DNA from: Candidatus Cybelea sp.
Lineage (GTDB): Bacteria > Vulcanimicrobiota > Vulcanimicrobiia > Vulcanimicrobiales > Vulcanimicrobiaceae
Length of the DNA stretch: 64,000 nt
Assembly (NCBI GenBank): GCA_049695635.1
Contig: JBAVSO010000047.1
Location: forward strand, 1,388 to 65,387
Direction of reading: 5' to 3'
The notes below the pieces were generated by a model. It did no database searches. It was not told the DNA's origin and saw nothing but the letters and a program-made list of their open reading frames with translations. The number at the start of each line of letters is the position of its first letter. The stretch's first letter is position 1. A program made the position numbers and the translations under genes. Shown piece after piece: positions 8,661 through 17,412 of this stretch.

Positions 8661-10103
8661 CTAGTTCGTATCGGGCGGCCGCAGATCGACGGGTTGGTGC
8701 AAGAAGAAGCTCTCGCGGTACTTGCTCGAGATCGGCACGAACGCGCGCGGCGATTGTGAGAAGTCAAAGCAATCTCTGGCCGGCGAAGTGGCACGCGTAT
8801 CGCTGGCGGATAGCGGCGCTAAGCCGAAGCGGTCTTCGACGAACTTGAGGATGCTGCCGTGTTCGTAGTGAACGTGCGAAACGAAGCCCTGCTTCGCATA
8901 CGGTGAAATGATCAGCATCGGGATTCGGCCGTCGAGACCGTCGTAATCAACGTAGGCCGGCGGCTCTGAATCGTAAAACCCGCCGTAATCGTCCCAGAAG
9001 ACAAAGATCGCTGTGGAGCCCCAGAACTGCGACTCGCCGATTGCGTTGACGAGCGAGGCTACCCAAGAAGGACCGGTGTCCGAGTTGCAGCCGGGATGGT
9101 CGGAGTTGGCGCAGGTCGGCACGATCCAGGTGACCGCGCGAAGATTGCCATTCTGTATGTCGGTGAAAAATTTGGTCTGAGGCGAGATAACGTCCGCACT
9201 CCAATCGGCGCCGTAGCAAATGTGCTTCACCGCTTGATAGGCGCTCCAAATGCCGTTGTTCTCTTTATACGAATCACCCTCGATTTTGCTTGCACCGCAC
9301 GCTCCGCCCGGGCCGCTTTGAACGGGCGCGGCGTAAAACGCCCAGGGCTGGCCGGCCGCGTCGAGCTCATCGCCGAGCGTGGTATAGTCGAAGCAGTCCT
9401 GAACCTTCGCTCCGTAGCCTCGTTGAGCGTTGGTGGTATAGACCCAGTCGGGAGCCCCACCTGGGCAACCCCAGTTACTCACCGGATAGTTGATTGCCGC
9501 TCCAGCTTGCGCGGCAATGATGTATTGGTGCGAAACGTAGCTGCTGCTATCAAAGTTGGAGGCATACATCTCGTCGGCTAAGACGTACTGCTGCGCCATC
9601 GAAAAGTAAGGCGCGGTTTCGTACTGCGGAACGTAGCTGTACGGCGGATACTTGATCGGGCACTTGGGTTGGCTTGCCGTGCCGCAGGTCCACGTCTCGT
9701 TATCGAACCCGTTCATCCGGCAATCCGTACCCGGAATGCTACCGGTGCCGTTGCACGCCGCTTCAAAGCCTTCGGCATTGTGCTCGAGGTCCCACGACGT
9801 CGCCAAACCGATCGGTTTGAGCTTGACGCGCTCGTTTTTAGAATCGTAGCCGTACGTCTTGGTCTTGGCTCCGGGGAAGCCGTAAAAGAGGTCGTTGAAG
9901 CTCCGATTCTCTTGAACGATGATAACGACGTGATCGATCTTGTCGATCGAATGCGCGAGGCGCCCGATCGCAACGGGACCAGGCCGCCCGTTGGCGTTGG
10001 GCGGCTCGCTGGACGAGCCGAGGCCGCCGCTGCGGCAGCTCGCAATGAGGAGTTGCGCAGCGGCGATCGCCAGTAAGCGTCTTACCGGCGATATTCGACC
10101 CAT
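8661..10103 (-). CDS. Phosphoesterase-family lipoprotein (PLC / AcpA acid phosphatase family), paralog 1
   Basis: Lipobox LIASC. Family hallmarks: IDHVVIIVQENRSFNDLFYGFPG, NSDHPG, GPSWVASLVNAIGESQFW, FVFWDDYGGFYD, ISPYAK, YEHGSILKFVE. It starts 3 nt after the S53 peptidase stop. Confidence 0.8.
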   Translation of the reverse strand: MGRISPVRRLLAIAAAQLLIASCRSGGLGSSSEPPNANGRPGPVAIGRLAHSIDKIDHVVIIVQENRSFNDLFYGFPGAKTKTYGYDSKNERVKLKPIGLATSWDLEHNAEGFEAACNGTGSIPGTDCRMNGFDNETWTCGTASQPKCPIKYPPYSYVPQYETAPYFSMAQQYVLADEMYASNFDSSSYVSHQYIIAAQAGAAINYPVSNWGCPGGAPDWVYTTNAQRGYGAKVQDCFDYTTLGDELDAAGQPWAFYAAPVQSGPGGACGASKIEGDSYKENNGIWSAYQAVKHICYGADWSADVISPQTKFFTDIQNGNLRAVTWIVPTCANSDHPGCNSDTGPSWVASLVNAIGESQFWGSTAIFVFWDDYGGFYDSEPPAYVDYDGLDGRIPMLIISPYAKQGFVSHVHYEHGSILKFVEDRFGLAPLSASDTRATSPARDCFDFSQSPRAFVPISSKYRESFFLHQPVDLRPPDTN

Positions 10104-10106
10104 CGG

Positions 10107-11393
10107 TTAGAAGGCGCCCAATCCGTTGGGCGTTCCGAGTCCCGTCGGTCCGTCGTAGCCGACTTCGCCGGTGCAAAGGTAGTCGTATGGTGCGCACTGC
10201 CCGTTGCTGCCGCTGGTAACGTCGTAGAGGTCGTTCGGCTTGGCATATGCGAGCGATGCGGGAATACCGGCGGTGTTACCGGAGAGCGCGTAAATCGCGG
10301 CGATCGCCGGCGAGCCGACGCTCGTGCCGCCCCAGACTTGCCACCCGGGCGATTCGCCGTCACCTGGAATGGACTCGTAGACGGCTACGCCGGTGTTCGG
10401 GTCTGCGATGTACGCAACGTCCGAGGTAATGCGATTAGTACAACCGCCCAACTGCTGCTCGATTGGCGCTTGCCACGACGACTCAGGAATGTACTGGCTG
10501 CAGCCGCTGCCTGCGCCGCCCCAAACGGTCTCCGTATAGCCGCGCGAACCCTTGGCGGTGTAGAGCGAGGTGCCCCCAACCGCTGTCACGGTGTTCGCTG
10601 AGGACGGGAAGATGACGCCGTATCCGCCGTCGCCCGATGAGGCAGTGATCGCGACGCCGGGATCACTGAAGAGGCGGTGTTCGGAGGGGTTCTCGCCCTT
10701 AAATTCGCCGCCGCCCCAGCTATTGGAGATGGCAACGGGATGGGCTCTCTGCGCAACAAGCTCGGCTTTGCCCAGGCTCGTGCTCGCTTCAACGACGAGA
10801 ATCTTACAGTTCGGACAGTTTGCGGAAACCATGTCAACGTCGAGCGATTGCTCCGCGAGCCAACCCTTGATCACCGGCGGCTTCGGGCGACCTTTGCCTT
10901 GTTGGTTTACGATCGTAAGGCAGCCCGACTTTCGACCGCACGGCGGCAACCCGAACTGCTTGCGATAGACCGCGAGATCCGAGGCGAGGCTCGGATCGCC
11001 ACCGGCTTCGACGACAGCGACCAGGCCGCCGGGGTTTTTCTGCGCAGCCTTGGTAATGTTGTACGCCGCTTGAAGTTGCGAGGGTCCCCAGCCTTGCACC
11101 GAGCCGTTAACGCCGGCTTCCGAGCGAGGCGCGCGAGACTTATCTTTCAATCCCAGCGCAAGGCAACGCCCTTCCCCGAAAACGATGTCGGGACAGGCTT
11201 CTATGAAATTTCCAGCCGCAATCTGGCGTTGAACGTACGCCGCGCCCTCGTTCGATTGGAGAGGCGCCGTGTAACCTGCGGGCTGGGAGCCGGTTGAGGG
11301 TGTCATCCCTCCGCTGCAACCTGCTGCCAGCGCGGCGATAACGCCGGCAGCGCAGAAGCGCACGAAGTTGTGCGCCATAAATTTGATTCGCAT
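10107..11393 (-). CDS. S53 (sedolisin/kumamolisin-like) serine peptidase, lipoprotein
   Basis: Lipobox LAAGC. AEQSLDVDMVSA matches the sedolisin E-x-x-x-D catalytic pair, NSWGG the oxyanion region, and GGTSVGSP the catalytic Ser motif. Confidence 0.7.
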   Translation of the reverse strand: MRIKFMAHNFVRFCAAGVIAALAAGCSGGMTPSTGSQPAGYTAPLQSNEGAAYVQRQIAAGNFIEACPDIVFGEGRCLALGLKDKSRAPRSEAGVNGSVQGWGPSQLQAAYNITKAAQKNPGGLVAVVEAGGDPSLASDLAVYRKQFGLPPCGRKSGCLTIVNQQGKGRPKPPVIKGWLAEQSLDVDMVSANCPNCKILVVEASTSLGKAELVAQRAHPVAISNSWGGGEFKGENPSEHRLFSDPGVAITASSGDGGYGVIFPSSANTVTAVGGTSLYTAKGSRGYTETVWGGAGSGCSQYIPESSWQAPIEQQLGGCTNRITSDVAYIADPNTGVAVYESIPGDGESPGWQVWGGTSVGSPAIAAIYALSGNTAGIPASLAYAKPNDLYDVTSGSNGQCAPYDYLCTGEVGYDGPTGLGTPNGLGAF

Positions 11394-11526
11394 GCAGTAC
11401 CTTTCAAAAGAGCTGCGACGGTCGTAAGAGGGCGGGCCTTTGGCAATCGGCCTCGCCGGTCCCCCCTTAGCGAGGTAGCGACGGCGATTCGCCGCGCTCG
11501 TTTGATCTGCGCGCTTGTGTAGCTTG

Positions 11527-11564
11527 TATAAAAAGAGAGGACCGCCCCATTTCTGGGGCGATCC
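11527..11564 (-). terminator. Intrinsic terminator inside the 5' leader of the S53 peptidase gene
   Basis: The minus strand reads ggatcgcccc-agaaat-ggggcggtcc, a 10-bp stem with one mismatch, followed by tctctttttata. It lies about 135 nt upstream of ATG 11393. Confidence 0.5.
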
Positions 11565-11893
11565 TTGCCCCGTGGAGTTTCAGCAGCGTGGAACTTGCAC
11601 TGGAGCAATGGGACGCTTGGAGCGCCCGCTTCGCGCTCCCTTGGTACATTCGTACCAATTTTTCACGATTTCTTATGTTTTCCCGGAGCTCGTCCACGGC
11701 GTCACGCATCTAAAGTCGAGTCCTCGATGCCGCTGGTTCGTACGAGGTCCGGCGCGCCGGCGAGATTGGCAGACTGCTACGGTCAAGAATCATCAATAAA
11801 GATGACTTGAGGCATCGCTAGTCAGGGGGGAATTGCTCCCGGCTTCGTCATAGCAGTGACCCGGATAGCCCGCCACTTTAAGGAGAAAGCTAG

Positions 11894-13357
11894 ATGCGTC
11901 GCATTCCGGTCCGGAGCCGGCCGCTAATGGCCGCGACCGCGGCGCTTTGCTTTTCCGCTTGCGGGGGGAAGGCCGGCTTCGGTACGCCGGCGACGCTGCC
12001 GGCTACCGGCTATCAGAGTATCTCGGCGGTTCGGGAGCTCGGTCACGCCAAGAGCAAGATTCAACACGTCGTCATCATCATCCAAGAGAACCGCAGCTTC
12101 AACAACCTGTTCTACGGTTATCCTGGGGCAAAGACCGTAAAGTACGGCCTCGACTCAAAAAAGCAGAAAGTCACGCTTCAACCGATCGGCTTGGCGACGT
12201 CGTGGGATCTCGAGCACAATCCAAACGGATTCATAGCGGCCTGCAACGGTACCGGAAAAAAAATTCCCGGCACCGAATGCCGGATGAACGGCTTCGATCG
12301 TGAGAAATGGACCTGCGATACTCCGAAGCACCCGAAGTGCCCGATCGAGTACCCGCCGTACGCATACGTACCCCATAGTGAGACTAAACCGTACTTCGAT
12401 ATGGCCCACCAGTACGTGTTGGCCGACGAGATGTTCGCCTCAAACTTCGATTCGACGAGCTTCATGTCGCACCAATACATTATCGCCGGCGTGAATCCCG
12501 ACGCGTCGATCGGTATTCCCGATGGGGCGTGGGGCTGCCCCGGAGGCAAGAGCGATCGGATTTCGATCTTGGGCTCCAACCGGGTTTGGCCGGTCGGGTC
12601 GGAACGCCCGTGCTGGGATCAAGAGACGCTCGGTGACGAGCTCAACAAGGCCGGCAAGTCGTGGTCGTTTTACGCAACACCGCTCGGAGACGAGAACAGC
12701 AAGACGTGCGGGCACAAGGGCGATGACGCCGCCGGCGAAGGTTCGTCGAACGGACGCGGGATCTGGAGCGCCTATCAGACGATCGAGTATATTTGCTACG
12801 GTCCCGCCTGGAACGCGCACGTCATGACGCCGCCCTCGAAGTTTCTCAACGACATCGGAAGAGGAAAGCTCAGCGACGTCACGTGGATCACGCCGACGTT
12901 TGCGAACTCCGATCACGGAGGATCGGGGTCGGCAACGGGTCCGTCGTGGGTTGCCTCGCTCGTCAACGCAATCGGCGAGTCGCAATACTGGGACTCGACT
13001 GCAATCTTTGTATTTTGGGACGACTACGGCGGCTGGTACGATCCGGAGGCACCTGAGCACCTAGACAATGACGGACTCGGCATGCGCCTTCCGCTGTTGA
13101 TAATTTCGCCATACGCGAAGACTGGATACGTATCGCATACCCACTACGAACACGGCAGCATCCTGAAGTTCGTCGAGAACACTTTTGGACTTGCGAGGAT
13201 GAACTCGCCCGACGGCAGCGACGTGCGGGCGAATCCGCCTGACGATGCATTCGACTTCTCGCAGGCACCGCGAAAGTTCGTACCGATACATGCTCCGCTT
13301 AATGGGAATTATTTCAAACTCCAGCCGCTCGATTGGCGGCCTCCCGATTCGGATTGA
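11894..13357 (+). CDS. Phosphoesterase-family lipoprotein (PLC / AcpA family), paralog 2
   Basis: AAGGAG precedes ATG 11894 and the lipobox is FSAC. It shares the motif set of paralog 1: IQHVVIIIQENRSFNNLFYGYPG, NSDHGG, GPSWVASLVNAIGESQYW, FVFWDDYGGWYD, YEHGSILKFVE. Confidence 0.8.
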   Translation: MRRIPVRSRPLMAATAALCFSACGGKAGFGTPATLPATGYQSISAVRELGHAKSKIQHVVIIIQENRSFNNLFYGYPGAKTVKYGLDSKKQKVTLQPIGLATSWDLEHNPNGFIAACNGTGKKIPGTECRMNGFDREKWTCDTPKHPKCPIEYPPYAYVPHSETKPYFDMAHQYVLADEMFASNFDSTSFMSHQYIIAGVNPDASIGIPDGAWGCPGGKSDRISILGSNRVWPVGSERPCWDQETLGDELNKAGKSWSFYATPLGDENSKTCGHKGDDAAGEGSSNGRGIWSAYQTIEYICYGPAWNAHVMTPPSKFLNDIGRGKLSDVTWITPTFANSDHGGSGSATGPSWVASLVNAIGESQYWDSTAIFVFWDDYGGWYDPEAPEHLDNDGLGMRLPLLIISPYAKTGYVSHTHYEHGSILKFVENTFGLARMNSPDGSDVRANPPDDAFDFSQAPRKFVPIHAPLNGNYFKLQPLDWRPPDSD

Positions 13358-13486
13358 GCGCGAGTGAGCGCTATGGCCGCCGGGAGGAGGAAGCTCTATC
13401 GAAGCAAAAAAGGGCTTGCAGGCAGCAGCAATACCGTGGGACTTAAGTCACCCGTCGACCACTCATCAGTCGAAAAGGAGACGAGG

Positions 13487-14944
13487 ATGGAAACGCTTGG
13501 TCCGTCATTACCGCCTCCCGCATCCACGCTCGTGACGACAAATGGCTTGCACCGGCAGCCTGTGGCTGAATCAATGCCCGTACACCACTCCAACGGACGA
13601 CGGAAGATCGCCGTCATCGGAACCGGGTACGTCGGGCTGGTCACCGGAACGTGTTTAGCGGAACTGGGGCAATCGGTGATTTGCCTCGATACCGACTCGC
13701 ATAAGATCGCGATGCTCCGGCGCGGCGAAGTGCCGTTCTTCGAACCGCACCTGCTCGAGATGACCGTGAGCAATCATCACGCCGGCCGGCTTTCATTTTC
13801 CGAGGATGTGGAAGCGGGCGTGCGCGACTGCGGAATAGTCTTCATCGCTGTCGGAACGCCCATGCGTCACGACGACCACGCCGATCTTTCGGCGATCTGG
13901 GACGTCGCGGCGCTGATCGGCCGACAGCTCAATGGCCCTAAGATCGTCGTGTTGAAATCTACCGTGCCGGTTGATACCTGCGAGATGGTCGCGGCGATCG
14001 TCGCAGAGAATGCCGTCGAACCTCACCGCGTCGACGTCGTAAGCAACCCGGAGTTTCTCCGGGAGGGATCGGCCGTCGCGGACTTCATGCGCCCCGACCG
14101 CATCGTCGTCGGCACGAGCAATCCGCAAACGGAAGCGATCATCCGCGAGCTTTACGCTCCGCTCGACGCACCGTTCGTCGTAACGAACGTTCGAACGAGC
14201 GAAATGATTAAGTACGCGGCTAACGCATTCTTGGCCACGAAGGTTTCGTTTATAAACGAGATCGCAAACATATGCGAGCTCGTCGAGGTCGACGTTAAGG
14301 CGGTTGCAAGCGGGATCGGCTTCGACCATCGCATCGGCACGCAGTTCATGAGCGCCGGCATCGGGTACGGCGGCTCGTGCTTTCCCAAAGACGTCCGGGC
14401 GTTGGAGAGGACCGCGCACGGCCGAAGCTACGAAGCCACGCTCCTACGTTCGGTGGAGAGCGTCAACCGTTCGCAGATCCCGCGCACTTTCGCGAAGATT
14501 GAAAAGGCCCTCGACGGCTCGGTCGAAGGCAGGACCATCTGCGTGCTGGGGCTCGCGTTCAAGCCGAACACCTCCGATATCCGGGAAGCTCCGGCGATTC
14601 ATCTGATCGAGCTGTTCTTGCGCTCGGGGGCGCGGGTTAACGTTCACGACCCGATCGCGCTCGAGGAGGCGCGGGCCAGGGTCGGCGACGACGTCACCTA
14701 TTGTTTGGACATGTACGAAGCAATTAACGGATGTGACGTCCTCGTATTGGCGACCGAATGGAATGAGTACAAGAGCATCAACTTCCGGATCGTTAGAAAG
14801 CTGATGCGCGGAAACGTCGTCTTCGACGGCCGCAACATCTTCGACGCCGAGAAGGTCACGCTCGAGGGATTGCGCTACATCGGCGTCGGACGCGCGAAAG
14901 AGCCAAGCGTCGTTGATCTAGCGTACGTGGAAGCTGCCGAATGA
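13487..14944 (+). CDS. ugd: UDP-glucose 6-dehydrogenase
   Basis: Rossmann motif KIAVIGTGYVGLVTG, catalytic Cys context GYGGSCFPKD, and a typical C-terminal UDP-binding domain. I chose ATG 13487 because GGAG lies 8 nt upstream. ATG 13574 is an alternative. The track start at 13364 is unlikely. Confidence 0.85.
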   Translation: METLGPSLPPPASTLVTTNGLHRQPVAESMPVHHSNGRRKIAVIGTGYVGLVTGTCLAELGQSVICLDTDSHKIAMLRRGEVPFFEPHLLEMTVSNHHAGRLSFSEDVEAGVRDCGIVFIAVGTPMRHDDHADLSAIWDVAALIGRQLNGPKIVVLKSTVPVDTCEMVAAIVAENAVEPHRVDVVSNPEFLREGSAVADFMRPDRIVVGTSNPQTEAIIRELYAPLDAPFVVTNVRTSEMIKYAANAFLATKVSFINEIANICELVEVDVKAVASGIGFDHRIGTQFMSAGIGYGGSCFPKDVRALERTAHGRSYEATLLRSVESVNRSQIPRTFAKIEKALDGSVEGRTICVLGLAFKPNTSDIREAPAIHLIELFLRSGARVNVHDPIALEEARARVGDDVTYCLDMYEAINGCDVLVLATEWNEYKSINFRIVRKLMRGNVVFDGRNIFDAEKVTLEGLRYIGVGRAKEPSVVDLAYVEAAE

Positions 14945-14951
14945 AGCGCCC

Positions 14952-15920
14952 TTGAAGGTATTGGTCACGGGAGCCGCCGGCTTTCTAGGGTCGCACCTGG
15001 TCGATCGGCTCCTCGCAGACGGCGATCGCGTGGTCGGCGTCGACAACTTCGTAACCGGATCGGCTGCCAACCTCGAACACATCGGGAGCGATCTGCCTTT
15101 CGAATTCGTCAACGCCGACGTCTCGTTGCCATGGACCTGGGCGCAGAACGCCGAGAAGCCCGGTCTCATCATGCACTTTGCATCTCCTGCGAGTCCGGTC
15201 GACTACGGGCGCGAACCGCTCGCAACGATGTCCGTCAACGCGGTTGGCGCGATGCACGGCGTGGAGCTTGCGAACGCAAGCGGTGCGCGATTGCTCTTCG
15301 CTTCGACTTCCGAGGTCTACGGCGACCCGCTGGAGCACCCGCAGCGCGAGACGTATTGGGGTAACGTCAATCCGATCGGCGTTCGAGCATGCTATGACGA
15401 GGCGAAGCGCTATGCCGAAGCGTACGTGACGTCGGCGATTCGAATGCTCGGCATTGACGCGAGAATCGTGCGAATCTTCAACACTTACGGTCCCCGGATG
15501 CAGCCCGGCGACGGTCGCGTGATTCCTAACTTTTGCCTGGCGGCCCTGGCCGGCCGGCCGTTAACCGTCTACGGCAATGGGCGCCAAACGCGAAGCTTCT
15601 GCTACGTCAGCGATCTCGTCGAGGGAATCGTTCGTTTCGCCAAGCGCGACGTGGTCGCGGAGCGCGTCGTAAATCTGGGTAACCCGGATGAGTTCACGAT
15701 CAACGAACTCGCCGGTATCCTCTCGGACGTCGCCGGCGTACCGCTCGAAACGATTGCGTGCGAGTTGCCGCCTGACGATCCTACGCGCCGGCGGCCCGAC
15801 ATCGGACGGGCGCGCGCGCAGCTTGGTTGGGAACCCAAGGTAGCGCTTCGCGAGGGGCTTTCCGCAACCTTGAACTACTTTCGGACCGCGGCGCGCGGAG
15901 CCGAGACTCTCGCCCGCTGA
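14952..15920 (+). CDS. uxs: UDP-glucuronate decarboxylase (UDP-xylose synthase)
   Basis: TTG start. Collinear with the UXS family throughout: VTGAAGFLGSH, ASPASP, STSEVYGDP, NPIGVRACYDEAKRYAE (YxxxK), FNTYGPRM, GRQTRSF, DDPTRRRPDI. Confidence 0.88.
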   Translation: MKVLVTGAAGFLGSHLVDRLLADGDRVVGVDNFVTGSAANLEHIGSDLPFEFVNADVSLPWTWAQNAEKPGLIMHFASPASPVDYGREPLATMSVNAVGAMHGVELANASGARLLFASTSEVYGDPLEHPQRETYWGNVNPIGVRACYDEAKRYAEAYVTSAIRMLGIDARIVRIFNTYGPRMQPGDGRVIPNFCLAALAGRPLTVYGNGRQTRSFCYVSDLVEGIVRFAKRDVVAERVVNLGNPDEFTINELAGILSDVAGVPLETIACELPPDDPTRRRPDIGRARAQLGWEPKVALREGLSATLNYFRTAARGAETLAR

Positions 15921-15948
15921 GCCGGAGAAAACAGAAACTAGGCTTACC

Positions 15949-17412
15949 ATGACAACCGCCCTATTAGTACTTCTTGTAGCGTATAGCGTCGTGTATATTG
16001 CGACCCAGTCGTTCTACGCGCTGGGCCTGCTCACCACTGCGTATATTTTCAGCCTCCCCGTCGACTGGGTCGACATGAACGAGAAGGTTTCGGAGCCGGA
16101 GAGCGAGTGGCCGTACATCGTCTTGTTCTATCCCGTCTTGCGTGAATTAGAAACGACGATGCGCACGACGATGCTCTCGCTCACGAAGCTCGAGTACCCG
16201 GCGGACCGGTACCGCGTCGTCGCGATCCCGAACAGCGACGATACCGAAACGATCGCCAGCCTTCGCCGGCTCATGGCCGAGTTTCCGTTTCTCAAGATGC
16301 TCGAGGTACCGCCAACCAGCGATCCATCCTGGCAAATCGTCTGGGATGCTTGGGACGCTAATCCAAAAGCCTATTGGTGGCATCAAGGCCGCCGCGCCGG
16401 CGACCGATTTCTACCCCCGAAGAAGACGCGTCAGCTGATCTACGCGCTCTACCGCACCGCCGAAGAGCTCAAGCACGAGAAGAATCTCGCGATTAACTAC
16501 ATTGACGCCGACAGCTGCCCGCCGAAGGATCATTTCAAGGGGGCCGTTATCGGCTTTAAACATTACGACGTGCTGCAATCCCTCAACGTCGCCGGCAACC
16601 TAAACAAATCGCAGGCCGCCGCGTGGCATGCCTTCGATCACATGGCCTGGGACGGCTGGATGTACCCACACTTGTCGGCGCACGGACGCCAGCCATATTG
16701 GGTGCTCGGTAAGGGGCTCTTCTATCGCGTTTCGGACCTGATTCCGTTAGGGGGCTTCCATCCGTGGATAACGATCGAAGATCCAGAGATCGGGCTGCGG
16801 TACTGGATGAACGGTAAGCGCCTTGGCATCCTCCGAAGTCCTCTCATCGAGGAGGTTCCGGAAACCTGGCGGGAAGGCATCACGCAGCGCAAGCGCTGGG
16901 TATGCGGTTTCTTCCAATCGCTAGGCGCGCCCCTGGGCTACATGGGGATGAATTTCTGGCAGCGTCTCAAGTCCTGGCTGATCTTTGTCCCGTGCCTGTC
17001 TCTGAGTATTAACAGCGTCGGTCTTTTCCTTGGCGCGATCGCTGCCTACGCATATTTCGTGCATGATAAGTGGCTGCCGCTGTGGGCAATCGACCTGTCC
17101 GGCGCCGATATCATCATGGTATTGGCACTCATGGCCGTGCTCTACGTCATTGTGTGGCGCCGAACGGGGTTGGTTCTAACTCGATGGCAGGATCGGGTTT
17201 GGTATATGATCCGCGTCAATCCGCTGTCGGCCTTCATCTGGTGGTTCCTCTGGATCATTCCGCTGGTAATCGGTTTTCGCATGTATCTGCTCGATGAGGG
17301 TCTGGCGTGGCAGCGCACCGAGAAAATCGACGCCAATAAGCTGCTGATCCGTAAGAAGATTAGAGACCAAGCAACTGTTCTAAGCCAAAGCGGGGAGCCA
17401 AATCGTGAGTAA
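15949..17412 (+). CDS. Integral-membrane family-2 glycosyltransferase, processive synthase type (D,D,D,QxxRW)
   Basis: Two N-terminal and at least three C-terminal hydrophobic helices flank a GT-A domain. The domain carries DAD (YIDADS), IEDPE and QRKRW, as in BcsA/HasA/Cps3S/NodC/PgaC-type synthases. Confidence 0.8.
   Translation: MTTALLVLLVAYSVVYIATQSFYALGLLTTAYIFSLPVDWVDMNEKVSEPESEWPYIVLFYPVLRELETTMRTTMLSLTKLEYPADRYRVVAIPNSDDTETIASLRRLMAEFPFLKMLEVPPTSDPSWQIVWDAWDANPKAYWWHQGRRAGDRFLPPKKTRQLIYALYRTAEELKHEKNLAINYIDADSCPPKDHFKGAVIGFKHYDVLQSLNVAGNLNKSQAAAWHAFDHMAWDGWMYPHLSAHGRQPYWVLGKGLFYRVSDLIPLGGFHPWITIEDPEIGLRYWMNGKRLGILRSPLIEEVPETWREGITQRKRWVCGFFQSLGAPLGYMGMNFWQRLKSWLIFVPCLSLSINSVGLFLGAIAAYAYFVHDKWLPLWAIDLSGADIIMVLALMAVLYVIVWRRTGLVLTRWQDRVWYMIRVNPLSAFIWWFLWIIPLVIGFRMYLLDEGLAWQRTEKIDANKLLIRKKIRDQATVLSQSGEPNRE

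Noticed and set aside
11467-11709. 80-aa ORF in the divergent region between the phosphoesterase operons
   Set aside because: It is threaded through two perfect hairpins and an intrinsic terminator on its own strand. It has no Shine-Dalgarno site, and its C-terminal half is low-complexity. I interpret it as RNA structure instead.
13364-13486. N-terminal extensions offered by the ORF track (ugd 13364, rdgB 1460, pyrC 28415, carA 29557, DUF58 32524, rqcH 50737, qor 46619, 54405, 47736-48305)
   Set aside because: In each case the extra residues lie inside the preceding gene or are Arg-rich junk. A downstream start with a Shine-Dalgarno site or a 4-nt overlap gives a normal family N-terminus.
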